From Clostridiales bacterium (GTDB lineage Bacteria > Bacillota > Clostridia > Lachnospirales > UBA12420), in contig DMOI01000040.1 in the NCBI GenBank assembly GCA_003452395.1, forward strand, positions 3,508 through 67,507: 64,000 bases of DNA, given 5' to 3'. Under the pieces are notes generated by a model. That model was not told where the DNA came from. It made no database searches and was given only the letters and a program-made list of their open reading frames with translations. This document shows positions 53,963 to 64,000 of the stretch, one piece after another. The translations under genes and the position numbers were made by a program. Every line of letters starts with the position of its first letter. Position 1 is the stretch's first letter.

Positions 53963-55987
53963 ATGTATAAAAAGTTTAAAGAAAAATATGACAGTAATAC
54001 AGATGTTTATAATGAATTACAAAACGGTCTAGAAGAAATAAAAAAGTTTATTCAAGATGATACTAGTAAGTACGCTGATTACTTCAAATGTATTGCTAAC
54101 TTCATTGTAAAGACTTTTGATTATAGAGAATTACAAAATAATTTAGAAAATATAGATTTTGATACTCTGCTAAAAGCGAATAATGGGCTTTATATGGATA
54201 TTCATAAAGATAATTATGATAATAGTTATGCAAACCCAGAATACACTTGCAATATTTTTGGTAAAGAACTTGGCCAGATATTAACTTATATTTATGCATA
54301 CACTAAAAACTATATAGACTGGATATCAAATGAAAACAACTATATAATTAATCAAACAAATAAGCTTATATTAACTATAAAAAATATGCTAGAAACCAGT
54401 GAAAAACCTAATAAAGCTGAGATTATCGAAATTATAAAAAAACATCATCTAGACGTTATTGAATACAGAATAGAATTTAATTTAAATAAAATATTTAATC
54501 CTGAAGTAAGTGACCGGTATAGAAGTATTATAGAAAATGGTATAGATATTGATATGAAATACTTATTTAAGTATAATAGATACATTGGTGATGCTGAAAT
54601 AAAAACTGCCAGGTTTTTAAACATAATGAGGGATGAACAGATAAATGATATTGCTATTACTATAGTTGAAGCATTTAAAAATGGATACGCAAGAGATGGA
54701 AAAGATATTACTAAAAAATCTAATATTAGACCTATGTATCAAATGGGAGAAGAACGTATTGTAAAAAAGGTTTTAGAAAAACTGGAATCTATAAACATCA
54801 TGGGATTTTCATTAGTTCCATTATGTGTATCACAATTTAAACAATATGAGTATGATCATGAATTTGATGCAGGACTTTATTTTGATAAAGATTATGTTGA
54901 TAAAAGCTTGAAGTTATATGAAGAAAAGTGTGAAAAATATAAAGATATGCTTATAAAATTTGGAGGTCCAATTTTTATAGAGACATTTGGGCAAATCCCA
55001 TTTTCACCAAAATCTAAAGATACAAATATAAGGTATAACGATGATCAAAATGATTTGGATAAAAATTTAAAAAATAAAAACATGCAAATATTAAATAAAT
55101 ATGCTACTAGATCTGAATATAGCTTTACTATAGTAGCATTACCAAACCCAGAAATAGGTGATAGATTTGAAGAAATATTTGAAGAAACTTGCAAGGTAAA
55201 CACTCTAGATAATGATAAGTATGAAAAGATTCATCAAAAAATTATAAATATACTAGATAAAGCTGATTTTGTACATGTAAAAGGGAAAGGAGATAACTTA
55301 ACGGATATAAAAATAAAAATGCAAAAAATTAATAGCGCGGAAACTGAAACCCTTTTTGAAAACTGTGTTGCGAATGTAAATATACCAGTTGGAGAGGTAT
55401 TTACATCACCTAAACTTACAGAAACAAGTGGAACATTACATGTAACAAAGGTATACTTAAATGATTACTTGTATAAGGATTTACTACTCGTATTTAAAGA
55501 TGGTTATGTTGTAAATTACAACTGTAAAAACTTTGAAACTGAGGAACAAAACAAGAAATATATTGAAGAAAACTTGTTGCATCCATATAAATCATTACCT
55601 ATGGGTGAGTTCGCTATAGGTACCAACACTACTGCATACGTGATGGCTAGAAAATATGATATCGGACACTTGTTACCGATACTTATAGCAGAAAAGACAG
55701 GACCTCATTTTGCTATAGGGGACACATGTTTCTCACATCGCGAAGATTTAAAAGTATACAACAACATTGATGGTAAAGAAATTATTGCACGTGACAACGA
55801 AAAGAGTATACTCCGTAGAACAAATCCAGACGAAGCCTACACAAACAAGCACACTGATATAACCATACCATACGATGAACTAGACTTTATTAGATCAGTA
55901 ACAGGTGATGGAGAGGAACTTAGTGTCATTGAGAAAGGAAGATTTGTAGTAGAAGGCACTGAAGAATTGAATGAAGTATTTAATTAA
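53963..55987 (+). CDS. M29-family (AmpS/PepS-like) aminopeptidase with a long N-terminal extension
   Basis: 674 aa. C-terminal half has EFAIGTNT and GPHFAIGD motifs typical of thermophilic metalloaminopeptidase family M29. Confidence 0.7.
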   Translation: MYKKFKEKYDSNTDVYNELQNGLEEIKKFIQDDTSKYADYFKCIANFIVKTFDYRELQNNLENIDFDTLLKANNGLYMDIHKDNYDNSYANPEYTCNIFGKELGQILTYIYAYTKNYIDWISNENNYIINQTNKLILTIKNMLETSEKPNKAEIIEIIKKHHLDVIEYRIEFNLNKIFNPEVSDRYRSIIENGIDIDMKYLFKYNRYIGDAEIKTARFLNIMRDEQINDIAITIVEAFKNGYARDGKDITKKSNIRPMYQMGEERIVKKVLEKLESINIMGFSLVPLCVSQFKQYEYDHEFDAGLYFDKDYVDKSLKLYEEKCEKYKDMLIKFGGPIFIETFGQIPFSPKSKDTNIRYNDDQNDLDKNLKNKNMQILNKYATRSEYSFTIVALPNPEIGDRFEEIFEETCKVNTLDNDKYEKIHQKIINILDKADFVHVKGKGDNLTDIKIKMQKINSAETETLFENCVANVNIPVGEVFTSPKLTETSGTLHVTKVYLNDYLYKDLLLVFKDGYVVNYNCKNFETEEQNKKYIEENLLHPYKSLPMGEFAIGTNTTAYVMARKYDIGHLLPILIAEKTGPHFAIGDTCFSHREDLKVYNNIDGKEIIARDNEKSILRRTNPDEAYTNKHTDITIPYDELDFIRSVTGDGEELSVIEKGRFVVEGTEELNEVFN

Positions 55988-56023
55988 AGTAACAAGTTTC
56001 ATAATATAAAATTTGTAAAGAAG

Positions 56024-56058
56024 TCCTCCCCCTAGGAAGGGGGAGCTAGAGGGGGTAG
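56024..56058 (+). repeat. GC-rich palindromic repeat family B, left unit
   Basis: tcctccccctaggaagggggagctagagggggtag. Contains its own hairpin ctccccc-tagga-aggggga(g). Confidence 0.75.
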
Positions 56059-56090
56059 AAGTTTTTAAAAATAAAATACGTTAACGATGT

Positions 56091-56125
56091 GACCCCACCT
56101 AACCTCCCCTTCGCAGGGGAGGGAC
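56091..56125 (-). repeat. GC-rich palindromic repeat family B, right unit (inverted)
   Basis: gaccccacctaacctccccttcgcaggggagggac. Its reverse complement aligns along its length with 56024-56058. Confidence 0.75.
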
Positions 56126-56146
56126 TAAAATACTTAAGGAGGTAAC

Positions 56147-57118
56147 ATGAAAAACTTAAAAATCATACTAGTAATTTTCACCTTAGCACTCACAATAACA
56201 GCCTGCTCAAATGTAAAAGAAACAAATCTTTCGAGTGTCAGCGTAGCAACCTTAAAAGGCCCTAGCTCTATGGGTATTTCTAAAATGATTGAAGATAACG
56301 CAAAAGTAGATGATGTAAGTATTAACTACGAAATATACGCAACTCCGGACATAATAGTGTCAAAGCTATTAAATAGTGAAATTGACATAGCCACGGTACC
56401 AACAAATGTAGCTGCTAATATATATAACAAAACAAATGGTAAATATAAAATACTAGACATAAATGTACTCAATGTTTTATACATAGTTGCACCGAAAGAT
56501 ATGGAAATAAAAAGCATTACTGATTTGAAGGATAAAACTATAGAAATTAGTGGAAGGAAAACAGTTCCGGAATATGTATTTAATTATGTGCTTAATAAAA
56601 ATGATCTTGTAGACGGAGAAAATATTACTTTAGATTATTCGATTGATCATACAACATCAGCACAAAAAATGATTACTGGAAAGTCAAAAATAGCCATAAT
56701 GCCCCAGCCATTTGCTACACTTGTTACTATGAAAAATAAAGATTTGGAAGTGAAAATAAATATAGGTGATGAGTGGACAAAACTTACTAGTACTGACCTA
56801 CCAATGGGATGTATAATAGTAAAAACAGAACTTGCAGAACAAAATAAAAAGTTTGTAGATAATTTTATGGAGAAGGTTAAAGAATCTTCTCTATGGGTAA
56901 ATAAAAACATTGATAAGGCAAGTATTACTATTAAAAACCTTGAGATATTACCAGATGAAAACATTGTAAAAGCTGCAATACCTTATTCTAGTATAGTTTA
57001 CATTGATAATGAAGATATGAAAGAATCATTAAGTAAATTTTATGAAATTATAAATGAAATAGATAAGGATTCAATAGGGGGCAAAGTACCTGATGAAAAG
57101 ATTTATTATACAAAGTAA
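56147..57118 (+). CDS. ABC transporter substrate-binding lipoprotein (NMT1/THI5-like, NitT/TauT family)
   Basis: 323 aa. Lipobox LTITAC. Periplasmic-binding-protein pattern (VATLKGPSSMG..., IAIMPQPF). Confidence 0.75.
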   Translation: MKNLKIILVIFTLALTITACSNVKETNLSSVSVATLKGPSSMGISKMIEDNAKVDDVSINYEIYATPDIIVSKLLNSEIDIATVPTNVAANIYNKTNGKYKILDINVLNVLYIVAPKDMEIKSITDLKDKTIEISGRKTVPEYVFNYVLNKNDLVDGENITLDYSIDHTTSAQKMITGKSKIAIMPQPFATLVTMKNKDLEVKINIGDEWTKLTSTDLPMGCIIVKTELAEQNKKFVDNFMEKVKESSLWVNKNIDKASITIKNLEILPDENIVKAAIPYSSIVYIDNEDMKESLSKFYEIINEIDKDSIGGKVPDEKIYYTK

Positions 57119-57851
57119 TGCAATCAGAATTATATTGATTACACTATTTTGGTTGTCAATTTACCAAATGTTATATATGTACATAAATAACGATATTTAT
57201 ATTCCTAGTATACAGTCTATATTAAAAGAAACAACAGACATATTTACAAACAAAGAAAAATTAATTGATATTATTTTTACATTAGGTAGAATGATAATTG
57301 GAACAACTATATCAATAGTTGCTGCGATAGTTATAGCTGTGATATGTGGTAGCAAAAATTATATGTTTGAATTTATAAAACCAGCCATGGCTATTTTAAA
57401 AACTGCTCCAAGTATTGTACTCATACTTATTTCTTTGATTTGGTTCGATGCAGAAAATTTGCCAGTTATTATTTGTGTTGCTATGTGTTTACCAATCATG
57501 TTTTCTAATATAGTATATGGAATATTAAATATAGACAAAGTGTATATAGATTTTGTGAAAGTTTATAACATAAAAAGGAAGAACGTATATAGCTATTTGT
57601 ATGTAAGCTTATTAAAACCATATTTTATTTCAGGTGTAAACACAATAATAGGTATAAGTTTTAAAGTGATAATTGCAACCGAAATACTAGCACTACCCGA
57701 CTATGGAATAGGCAAAAGGATATATGATTCTAAATTATATTTGAAAACTGATGAAATGTTAGCATGGACTGTTATAGTTATTATAGCATCGCTACTTATT
57801 GAAAAATATTTTAATAAATTTATTAGAAAAAAGGTTGAGGTGATAGTTTGA
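57093..57851 (+). CDS. ABC transporter permease (NitT/TauT family)
   Basis: 252 aa, ~6 TM. Overlaps the SBP gene by 26 nt and the ATPase gene by 4 nt. Confidence 0.8.
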   Translation: MKRFIIQSNAIRIILITLFWLSIYQMLYMYINNDIYIPSIQSILKETTDIFTNKEKLIDIIFTLGRMIIGTTISIVAAIVIAVICGSKNYMFEFIKPAMAILKTAPSIVLILISLIWFDAENLPVIICVAMCLPIMFSNIVYGILNIDKVYIDFVKVYNIKRKNVYSYLYVSLLKPYFISGVNTIIGISFKVIIATEILALPDYGIGKRIYDSKLYLKTDEMLAWTVIVIIASLLIEKYFNKFIRKKVEVIV

Positions 57852-58450
57852 TACTTTTAAAGAATGTATATAAAAGTTTCGGTACGATGCACGTGTTTAA
57901 AGATTTAAACCTACAAATAAGTGAAAATAAGATAACTTGTATAATAGGGAAATCAGGTATTGGCAAAACAACTTTATTATCAATTTTAGCTAAACTTGAG
58001 CACATTGACAGTGGGGAAATTATAAACGATAACCCCAAAATATCTTTCGTTTTTCAAAGAGATACTTTACTTCCAAATACCAAAGTAATAGATAATTTTA
58101 AATATATTCTTGGTGAAATTTATGATAAGGAAAATTTAGAAAGTCTTGTAGATACATATTTAGAAAAGTTTGGAATGCTCGAAAAAAAGTATGAATATAA
58201 GGAAAATCTAAGTGGGGGAATGGTGCAAAGAATAAAAATTATTCAAGCGCTACTTTACTCATCTGATATACTAATACTTGATGAACCATTTAAAGAATTA
58301 GATGAAGGAATAAAAGATGTTTTCGTAGCTGAACTCAAAAAGCTGAAGAAAACAATAATAATTTCATCACATGATTTAGAATTGGTAAATAACATTGCGG
58401 ATGATGTTGTTGATTTGAATGAAAACCAATTTAGTTATACTGTAGTTTAG
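57848..58450 (+). CDS. ABC transporter ATP-binding protein (short form)
   Basis: 200 aa. Walker A GKSGIGKTT, signature LSGGMVQR, Walker B ILILDEP. Confidence 0.85.
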   Translation: MILLKNVYKSFGTMHVFKDLNLQISENKITCIIGKSGIGKTTLLSILAKLEHIDSGEIINDNPKISFVFQRDTLLPNTKVIDNFKYILGEIYDKENLESLVDTYLEKFGMLEKKYEYKENLSGGMVQRIKIIQALLYSSDILILDEPFKELDEGIKDVFVAELKKLKKTIIISSHDLELVNNIADDVVDLNENQFSYTVV

Positions 58451-58571
58451 CAAGCCAACTTAAAAAAAGTAATTTTGTTTCAAAACAAAGTTGCTTTTTT
58501 TGTTTTATTAGTGTAAAATGATATAAAAAAATATGAAATGAATCATAAATCAAAAAAGGAGTGTTATATAC

Positions 58572-60167
58572 ATGTCAAAGTTTATTTTTGTTACAGGTGG
58601 GGTCATTTCGGGTTTAGGTAAGGGGATAGCAGCAGCGAGTATAGGACTGTTACTCAAAAATAAGGGACTTAAAATTGCAGTTGAAAAGTTTGATCCTTAT
58701 TTAAATGTTGACCCAGGTACAATGAGTCCTTATCAGCATGGAGAGGTTTTCGTTACAGAGGATGGTGGCGAAACTGACCTTGATTTAGGACATTATGAAA
58801 GGTTTATTGGAACTAATATCACAAAAAATTGTAGTTTTTCTATGGGGCAAATTTATTCTGAGATAATAAAAAAAGAAAGAAAAGGTACCTATCTAGGTGG
58901 TACAGTTCAAGTAGTTCCACATGTAACAGATATTATAAAAAATAAAATAAAAGATTTAGCTATGAGATCAGAAGCGGATGTAATCATAACTGAGATAGGA
59001 GGTACTGTCGGAGAAATAGAGGCAGAGGTTTTTCTTGAGGCTATAAGACAATTTAAAACGGAAATGGGAAGGGAAAATGTAATATTTATTCACCTTACAC
59101 TCGTACCATATTTAAAAAGTTCTAAAGAACTAAAAACAAAGCCTACTCAGCACTCAGTAAAAGAACTTCAGAGGCATGGTATAAACCCAGATATGCTTAT
59201 ATGTAGAGCAGATAGGCATATATCAGAAGAACTTTTAAATAAAATAGCAATGTTTTGTAATATAGATAGTAAATATGTGTTTGAAGGTATTGATGTAGAT
59301 ACTATATATGATGTTCCTATAAACTTTCACGAAGAAGAAATGGAAGAAAGAATTTGTGAAAGACTAGGGATAAAGACAGAAAGAAAAAACATTGATGAAT
59401 GGAAAACCATTGTGGGTAACTACAAGAATCCTGAAAAGGAAGTTACTATAGGTCTTGTTGGTAAATATGTTGCACTTGAGGATGCATATTTAAGCGTATC
59501 CGAATCTTTAAAACACGCGGGTGCACATCATAAATGCAAAGTAAATATTGAATGGATAAACTCAGAGGATATAGAGGCTAACGGTGTAGAAAAGTATTTG
59601 TCAAAACTTGATGGTATAATAGTACCAGGAGGCTTTGGTAATAGAGGGATAGAAGGAAAAATAGCAGCTGCAAAATATGCACGAGAACACAAAATACCTT
59701 ATCTAGGACTATGTCTTGGTATGCAAATAGCTGTTATTGAATTTGCACGTAATGTTTGTGGTTTAAGTGATGCAAATAGTAGCGAGTTTGGTACATATGA
59801 GCATCAAGTTATAGATTTGATGGATACTCAGGTAGGAATATCAAATAAAGGTGGTACAATGAGACTTGGTAGCTATCCATGTACCTTAAAAGAAGACACT
59901 AAAGCTTATAGAGCTTATGGAGAAAAGAAAATTAATGAAAGACATAGACATAGATATGAATTTAATAATAATTACAGGGACGTAATGAATAAAAATGGTA
60001 TGATATTTGCAGGTACAAGCCCTGATGATATGCTTGTTGAAATAATAGAGCTATCTGATCATCCATGGTTTGTAGCATCTCAATTTCATCCAGAATTCAA
60101 ATCTAGATTATACGATCCACATCCGCTATTTAGAGATTTTGTAGGAGCAACGGTAAAGAACAGATGA
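58572..60167 (+). CDS. pyrG: CTP synthase
   Basis: 531 aa. [18 protein letters not shown], glutaminase domain [15 protein letters not shown]. Confidence 0.96.
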   Translation: MSKFIFVTGGVISGLGKGIAAASIGLLLKNKGLKIAVEKFDPYLNVDPGTMSPYQHGEVFVTEDGGETDLDLGHYERFIGTNITKNCSFSMGQIYSEIIKKERKGTYLGGTVQVVPHVTDIIKNKIKDLAMRSEADVIITEIGGTVGEIEAEVFLEAIRQFKTEMGRENVIFIHLTLVPYLKSSKELKTKPTQHSVKELQRHGINPDMLICRADRHISEELLNKIAMFCNIDSKYVFEGIDVDTIYDVPINFHEEEMEERICERLGIKTERKNIDEWKTIVGNYKNPEKEVTIGLVGKYVALEDAYLSVSESLKHAGAHHKCKVNIEWINSEDIEANGVEKYLSKLDGIIVPGGFGNRGIEGKIAAAKYAREHKIPYLGLCLGMQIAVIEFARNVCGLSDANSSEFGTYEHQVIDLMDTQVGISNKGGTMRLGSYPCTLKEDTKAYRAYGEKKINERHRHRYEFNNNYRDVMNKNGMIFAGTSPDDMLVEIIELSDHPWFVASQFHPEFKSRLYDPHPLFRDFVGATVKNR

Positions 60168-60264
60168 CAGACTAGTGTTGCACAAACATATTACATATGT
60201 ATTAAGTCTTTAACTGTTGTCTGTACTCTGTACTTTGTTATCTTTTTTATCAGGGGGTGATTTC

Positions 60265-61065
60265 ATGTTAGTAATTAAAAATCCATTTAAACGAAATAAA
60301 CCTATCGTAAACAACGATATAAAACCAGTTGCTAAAAAACATGAATCAAGCTTAGGTTGGGTTACAGTGTGGCAAATAATAATTACACTTATGGTTGTGG
60401 TTTTTTTAATACTTATACATCCAGTACCAGAAAGGCTCTCAAAGCACTTGGTTATTGGTAGTTTTGTAGTGTCTTGGCTAATTATAGTGTTCAAGTTATG
60501 GAATAATTATTTTACTAGAGCCGTTGTAATAATAGCCACAGTATTTATTTTTGTAACCTACTATGGGAGTAATAAAGTTATAGTTAGTGACGAATTAATA
60601 AGATTATCATATATTGAAAATTTAAAGAATTATGAAAACACAAACTATATGAGTGGTGGGGAGAATCGGATAGGTATAGATTCATCAGGATTAATTAGAA
60701 GACCAATGATAGATACTTTTATAGAAATGGGTTTTAAAACCAAAAACATGCAGTATATTCGAATGGCACTCAGTATATGGATGGACGACTATGCAATTTC
60801 TGATATATACAATAATTATAAAGGTATGTATATTGATATTCTAAAATTTTGCTCTATATGTGAAATTACTGATAAAAATATAAAGAGCGGAGATATACTT
60901 ATATATGATAATTATAGTCAGGTATATATTTATCTAGGAAATAATGAGTGGATAGAGGTAAATCCTCACGATAAAAAAACAATAATTGTGAGTGCAATAC
61001 CAGCACTTAGTATAATGAGAGAAATTTCAGGCAAGGTGGTAAGGTGGAAAGTACTGGAAAGTTGA
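60265..61065 (+). CDS. Membrane protein with degenerate NlpC/P60-like C-terminal domain
   Basis: 266 aa from ATG 60265 (GGGGGTGA RBS). 3-4 TM. YMSGGENRIGIDSSGLI and GDILIYDNYSQVYIYLGNNEWIEV resemble NlpC/P60 motifs with Cys->Ser and His->Gln. Confidence 0.5.
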   Translation: MLVIKNPFKRNKPIVNNDIKPVAKKHESSLGWVTVWQIIITLMVVVFLILIHPVPERLSKHLVIGSFVVSWLIIVFKLWNNYFTRAVVIIATVFIFVTYYGSNKVIVSDELIRLSYIENLKNYENTNYMSGGENRIGIDSSGLIRRPMIDTFIEMGFKTKNMQYIRMALSIWMDDYAISDIYNNYKGMYIDILKFCSICEITDKNIKSGDILIYDNYSQVYIYLGNNEWIEVNPHDKKTIIVSAIPALSIMREISGKVVRWKVLES

Positions 61066-61110
61066 AGACAATCTAGTATAATTGTAATCTTAAAGGATGT
61101 AAAAAGATGA

Positions 61111-61146
61111 GATTGCTTCGTCGAAAAAGTTTCATCAAAGTGACAG
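61111..61146 (+). repeat. Repeat family A copy (degenerate)
   Basis: gattgcttcgtcgaaaaagtttcatcaaagtgacag, same length as 43719-43754. The upstream flank aaaaagatgag also matches aaaaagattag. Confidence 0.65.
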
Positions 61147-61175
61147 GTCTCAATAAAATGGGGGATAAAATACTA

Positions 61176-62342
61176 ATGAATATAAGGCAAGCTTGGTTGT
61201 GGCTAAATAATATAGATGGTATTGGGAATAAAAAAATAAGTATATTACTTGGAGTATTTGATTCTCCATTAGATATATTTAATGCAAAAGAACAAGATTT
61301 AAAACAGGTTATGGGGCTTAGGCTTCGTGATATACTAGAAATAGAAAAATCAAAAGAAAGATTTGATGTGAAAAAATTTGAAGAATATTTATTTGAAAAT
61401 GAAATAAAATACATATCAATACAAGACAAAGATTACCCCAAGGCACTTAAAAACATATATGAACCACCTCATATATTATATTATAAAGGAACATTACCAA
61501 AAAAAGAAGATACAATGTTAGGAGTAGTTGGTTCAAGAAACTGTAGCGAATATGGCAAAAAAGCAGCATATAATATATCAAAAAGTCTTGCTGAATCAAA
61601 TGTAACGATAGTAAGTGGTATGGCTATTGGTATAGACACATGTGCTCACAGAGGCTCACTTGATGGCAAAGGTAAAACCTTTGCTATACTTGGTTGTGGT
61701 GTGGATATATGTTATCCCAAAAGCAATGCAGAATTAATGAAAGAAATAATAAAAAACGGAGCAGTTATCTCTGAGTACTCTCCGAAAACACAACCTCTTC
61801 CCCAAATGTTTCCCGCGAGAAATAGAATAATAAGCGGTATGAGTCGAGGTGTACTTGTGGTTGAAGCTGCAGAAAAAAGCGGCTCACTAATAACAGTTGA
61901 TCAGGCTCTAGAACAAGGAAGAGATATCTTTGCTATACCTGGTGATATAACTAGTAGCTTAAGTAGCGGAACAAATAATATTATAAAACAAGGTGCTGCT
62001 TTAGTAACTAGTTATAAAGATATACTTTTAAATTTTGGAATAATAGAAATAAAAACAAACCCAAGTGATAAAGCTATGATTAGCGATAGTAGAGAGAATA
62101 TAAAAGATAATATAAAAGAAAATATAAAAGAAAATATAAAAGAAAATAATAATTTCGATAAATTACTTGACGAAGATGAGAAAATTGTGTATTCTTGTAT
62201 AGATTTAAAAAACAGCCATATTGATGATATAGTAAATAAGTCTAAAATGGGAATTAGCAAGATGCAACACTTACTTACTATGCTTGAATTAAAAGGCGTT
62301 ATTAAACAATTGCCAGGAAAAAGATTTGAAAGGTTGATGTAG
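61176..62342 (+). CDS. dprA: DNA-processing protein DprA (Smf)
   Basis: SAM-like N-terminal domain (LNNIDGIGNKK), Rossmann-like core VVGSRNCSEYGK, SGMAIGIDT, C-terminal winged helix. Start ATG 61176 chosen because the track start 61107 lies inside the repeat element. Confidence 0.9.
   Translation: MNIRQAWLWLNNIDGIGNKKISILLGVFDSPLDIFNAKEQDLKQVMGLRLRDILEIEKSKERFDVKKFEEYLFENEIKYISIQDKDYPKALKNIYEPPHILYYKGTLPKKEDTMLGVVGSRNCSEYGKKAAYNISKSLAESNVTIVSGMAIGIDTCAHRGSLDGKGKTFAILGCGVDICYPKSNAELMKEIIKNGAVISEYSPKTQPLPQMFPARNRIISGMSRGVLVVEAAEKSGSLITVDQALEQGRDIFAIPGDITSSLSSGTNNIIKQGAALVTSYKDILLNFGIIEIKTNPSDKAMISDSRENIKDNIKENIKENIKENNNFDKLLDEDEKIVYSCIDLKNSHIDDIVNKSKMGISKMQHLLTMLELKGVIKQLPGKRFERLM
62097..62144 (+). 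repeat. 4 x 12-nt in-frame tandem repeat inside dprA
   Basis: aatataaaaga(t/a) x4, encoding NIKDNIKENIKENIKE in the linker before the C-terminal domain. Confidence 0.85.
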
Positions 62343-64000
62343 ATGTCAAAATACTTACTGATTGTAGAGTCACCAGCGAAGTCAAAAACTATAGGGAAAT
62401 TTTTAGGGAAAAACTATAAAATAGATGCTTCAATGGGACACATAAGGGATTTACCAAAGAGTAAACTAGGAATAGATATAGAACACGATTTTGAACCACA
62501 ATATATAAATATTAGAGGAAAAGCTCCACTAATAAAAAAGTTAAAACAAGAAGCAGCAAAATCTGAAAAAATATTCTTAGCTACTGACCCTGATCGTGAA
62601 GGTGAAGCTATTTCGTGGCATCTCATAAATTCTTTAAAACTTGATGAGTCTAAAACTTATAGGATAACATTTAATGAAATAACTAAAACTGCTGTAACAG
62701 AGGCTGTAGCACATGCGAGAAACATCAATATGGATCTAGTTGATGCACAGCAAGCACGCAGAATTATTGATAGAATAGTAGGTTATAAAATAAGCCCTCT
62801 TCTTTGGAAAAAGGTTGCAAAGGGACTAAGTGCCGGTAGGGTTCAGTCAGTTGCACTCAGGCTTATTTGCGACAGAGAAGAAGAAATAGAACATTTTGTA
62901 AAAGAAGAATACTGGTCTCTAAAAGCTAATCTTATTAAAGGAAAAGCTAAAACTTCATTTGAAGCTGTTTTACATGGTAAAAATAACAAGAAAATAAAAG
63001 TTACAAATCTAGATGAAATGCAAGACATACTAAAATATGTAAAAAAACAAAAATTTGTTGTTAAGGATGTAAAACGAGGAGAAAAACATAAAAATTCATT
63101 ACCACCTTTCATTACAAGCACTTTGCAACAAACTGCTTTTTCAAAGCTAAATTTTACCCCAAGTAAGACTATGCAAATAGCACAGCAATTATATGAAGGT
63201 ATAGATATACAAGGTGAAGGTCATGTGGGTCTAATTACTTATATGCGTACCGATTCTACAAGGCTTTCAGTAGAATTTAAAGCTGATGCAAAAAAATATA
63301 TAAATGATAAGTATGGGAATGAGTATGTTAGTAAAAGTGATACTGTATATAAGTCAAAAGGTAGATCACAAGATGCCCATGAAGCTGTAAGAATAACAGA
63401 TGTTAATAAAACACCTAATATACTTGTAGATTCATTAAGTAAGGACCAGTATAAACTTTACAAGCTTATATGGGAACGAAGTGTTGCTTCACAAATGGCA
63501 TCTGCTGTCTATAATACTTATAGTGTAGATATAGATGCTGGTGAATACAATTTTAAATCAACAGGTTCTACACTTAAATTTGAAGGATTTTTAAAAGTGT
63601 ATAATTTTGAAGAAAATGAAGAGTCTAAACATTCTATTCCTGAGCTCGAAAAAGAGGAAATATTAACTTTAAAGACATTAGAGGAAAAGCAGCATTTCAC
63701 AGAACCACCACCTAGGTTTACAGAAGCATCACTCGTGAAAATATTAGAAGAAAATGGTATAGGACGTCCGAGCACATATGCAGCAACGATATCTACAATA
63801 CTTATTAGAAAATATGTTACCAAAGAAGGTAAAAGTCTTATTCCAACGGAGCTTGGAAATATAGTAAATACAATTATGGAAAATCATTTTGAGAATATAG
63901 TTGATGTGAAATTTACCGCAAAGCTAGAGAAGGAATTAGACGAAATAGCCGACGGGAAAGCTAATTGGAAAGAAACTATAAGAGAATTTTACGAAGGTTT
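62343..64000 (+). CDS. topA: DNA topoisomerase I (5' part; continues beyond the window)
   Basis: Absent from the ORF track because no stop occurs before the window end. ATG 62343 follows the dprA stop directly. MSKYLLIVESPAKSKTIGKFLGKNYKIDASMGHIRDLP (Toprim), ATDPDREGEAISWH, ...GLITYMRTDS (active-site Tyr region). Confidence 0.93.
   Translation, partial: MSKYLLIVESPAKSKTIGKFLGKNYKIDASMGHIRDLPKSKLGIDIEHDFEPQYINIRGKAPLIKKLKQEAAKSEKIFLATDPDREGEAISWHLINSLKLDESKTYRITFNEITKTAVTEAVAHARNINMDLVDAQQARRIIDRIVGYKISPLLWKKVAKGLSAGRVQSVALRLICDREEEIEHFVKEEYWSLKANLIKGKAKTSFEAVLHGKNNKKIKVTNLDEMQDILKYVKKQKFVVKDVKRGEKHKNSLPPFITSTLQQTAFSKLNFTPSKTMQIAQQLYEGIDIQGEGHVGLITYMRTDSTRLSVEFKADAKKYINDKYGNEYVSKSDTVYKSKGRSQDAHEAVRITDVNKTPNILVDSLSKDQYKLYKLIWERSVASQMASAVYNTYSVDIDAGEYNFKSTGSTLKFEGFLKVYNFEENEESKHSIPELEKEEILTLKTLEEKQHFTEPPPRFTEASLVKILEENGIGRPSTYAATISTILIRKYVTKEGKSLIPTELGNIVNTIMENHFENIVDVKFTAKLEKELDEIADGKANWKETIREFYEG

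Overview
Low-GC chromosomal segment from an endospore-forming anaerobic Firmicute (Clostridia/Tissierellia-like). Supporting genes are an SLH-anchored wall protein, PFOR, spoIID, a spoIIQ-like gene and spoIIIAF-AH. Most genes are plus-strand housekeeping: rRNA/tRNA modification enzymes, an ABC-F ATPase, nifJ/PFOR, T-box-controlled aspS, miaA, split transketolase, glgB, rnhA, cmk, pyrG, dprA and a topA 5' part that the ORF track misses because it runs off the window.

The most unusual features, all read from the sequence and translations only (no searches were run), are these:
1. A six-gene group-4 hydrogenase-like membrane operon (19.6-26.8 kb). Its large subunit has lost all four [NiFe] cysteine ligands and ends exactly at the motif Arg. 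Its small subunit is fused to a 2x[4Fe-4S] ferredoxin domain. This is an Ehr/Mbx-like, probably non-hydrogenase, ion-pumping module.
2. A rearranged accessory patch (10-17 kb). A cytoplasmic tandem-GGDEF protein with Ser at the guanine-specifying position is bracketed by a LysM gene and its eroded copy. Next to it, a membrane GGDEF gene has a 371-bp internal segment repeated 1.9 kb downstream, bracketing a PH-domain membrane protein.
3. Three families of GC-rich or heptameric intergenic repeats. One forms a long hairpin inside the aspS T-box leader, whose best specifier candidate is an Asn codon (AAC).
4. spoIIIAF-AG-AH lie detached from spoIIIAA-AE, directly downstream of a YefM/YoeB toxin-antitoxin pair.

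Several small CDSs below the ORF-track cutoff are also called. No CRISPR array, rRNA, tRNA, prophage or intact IS element was seen.
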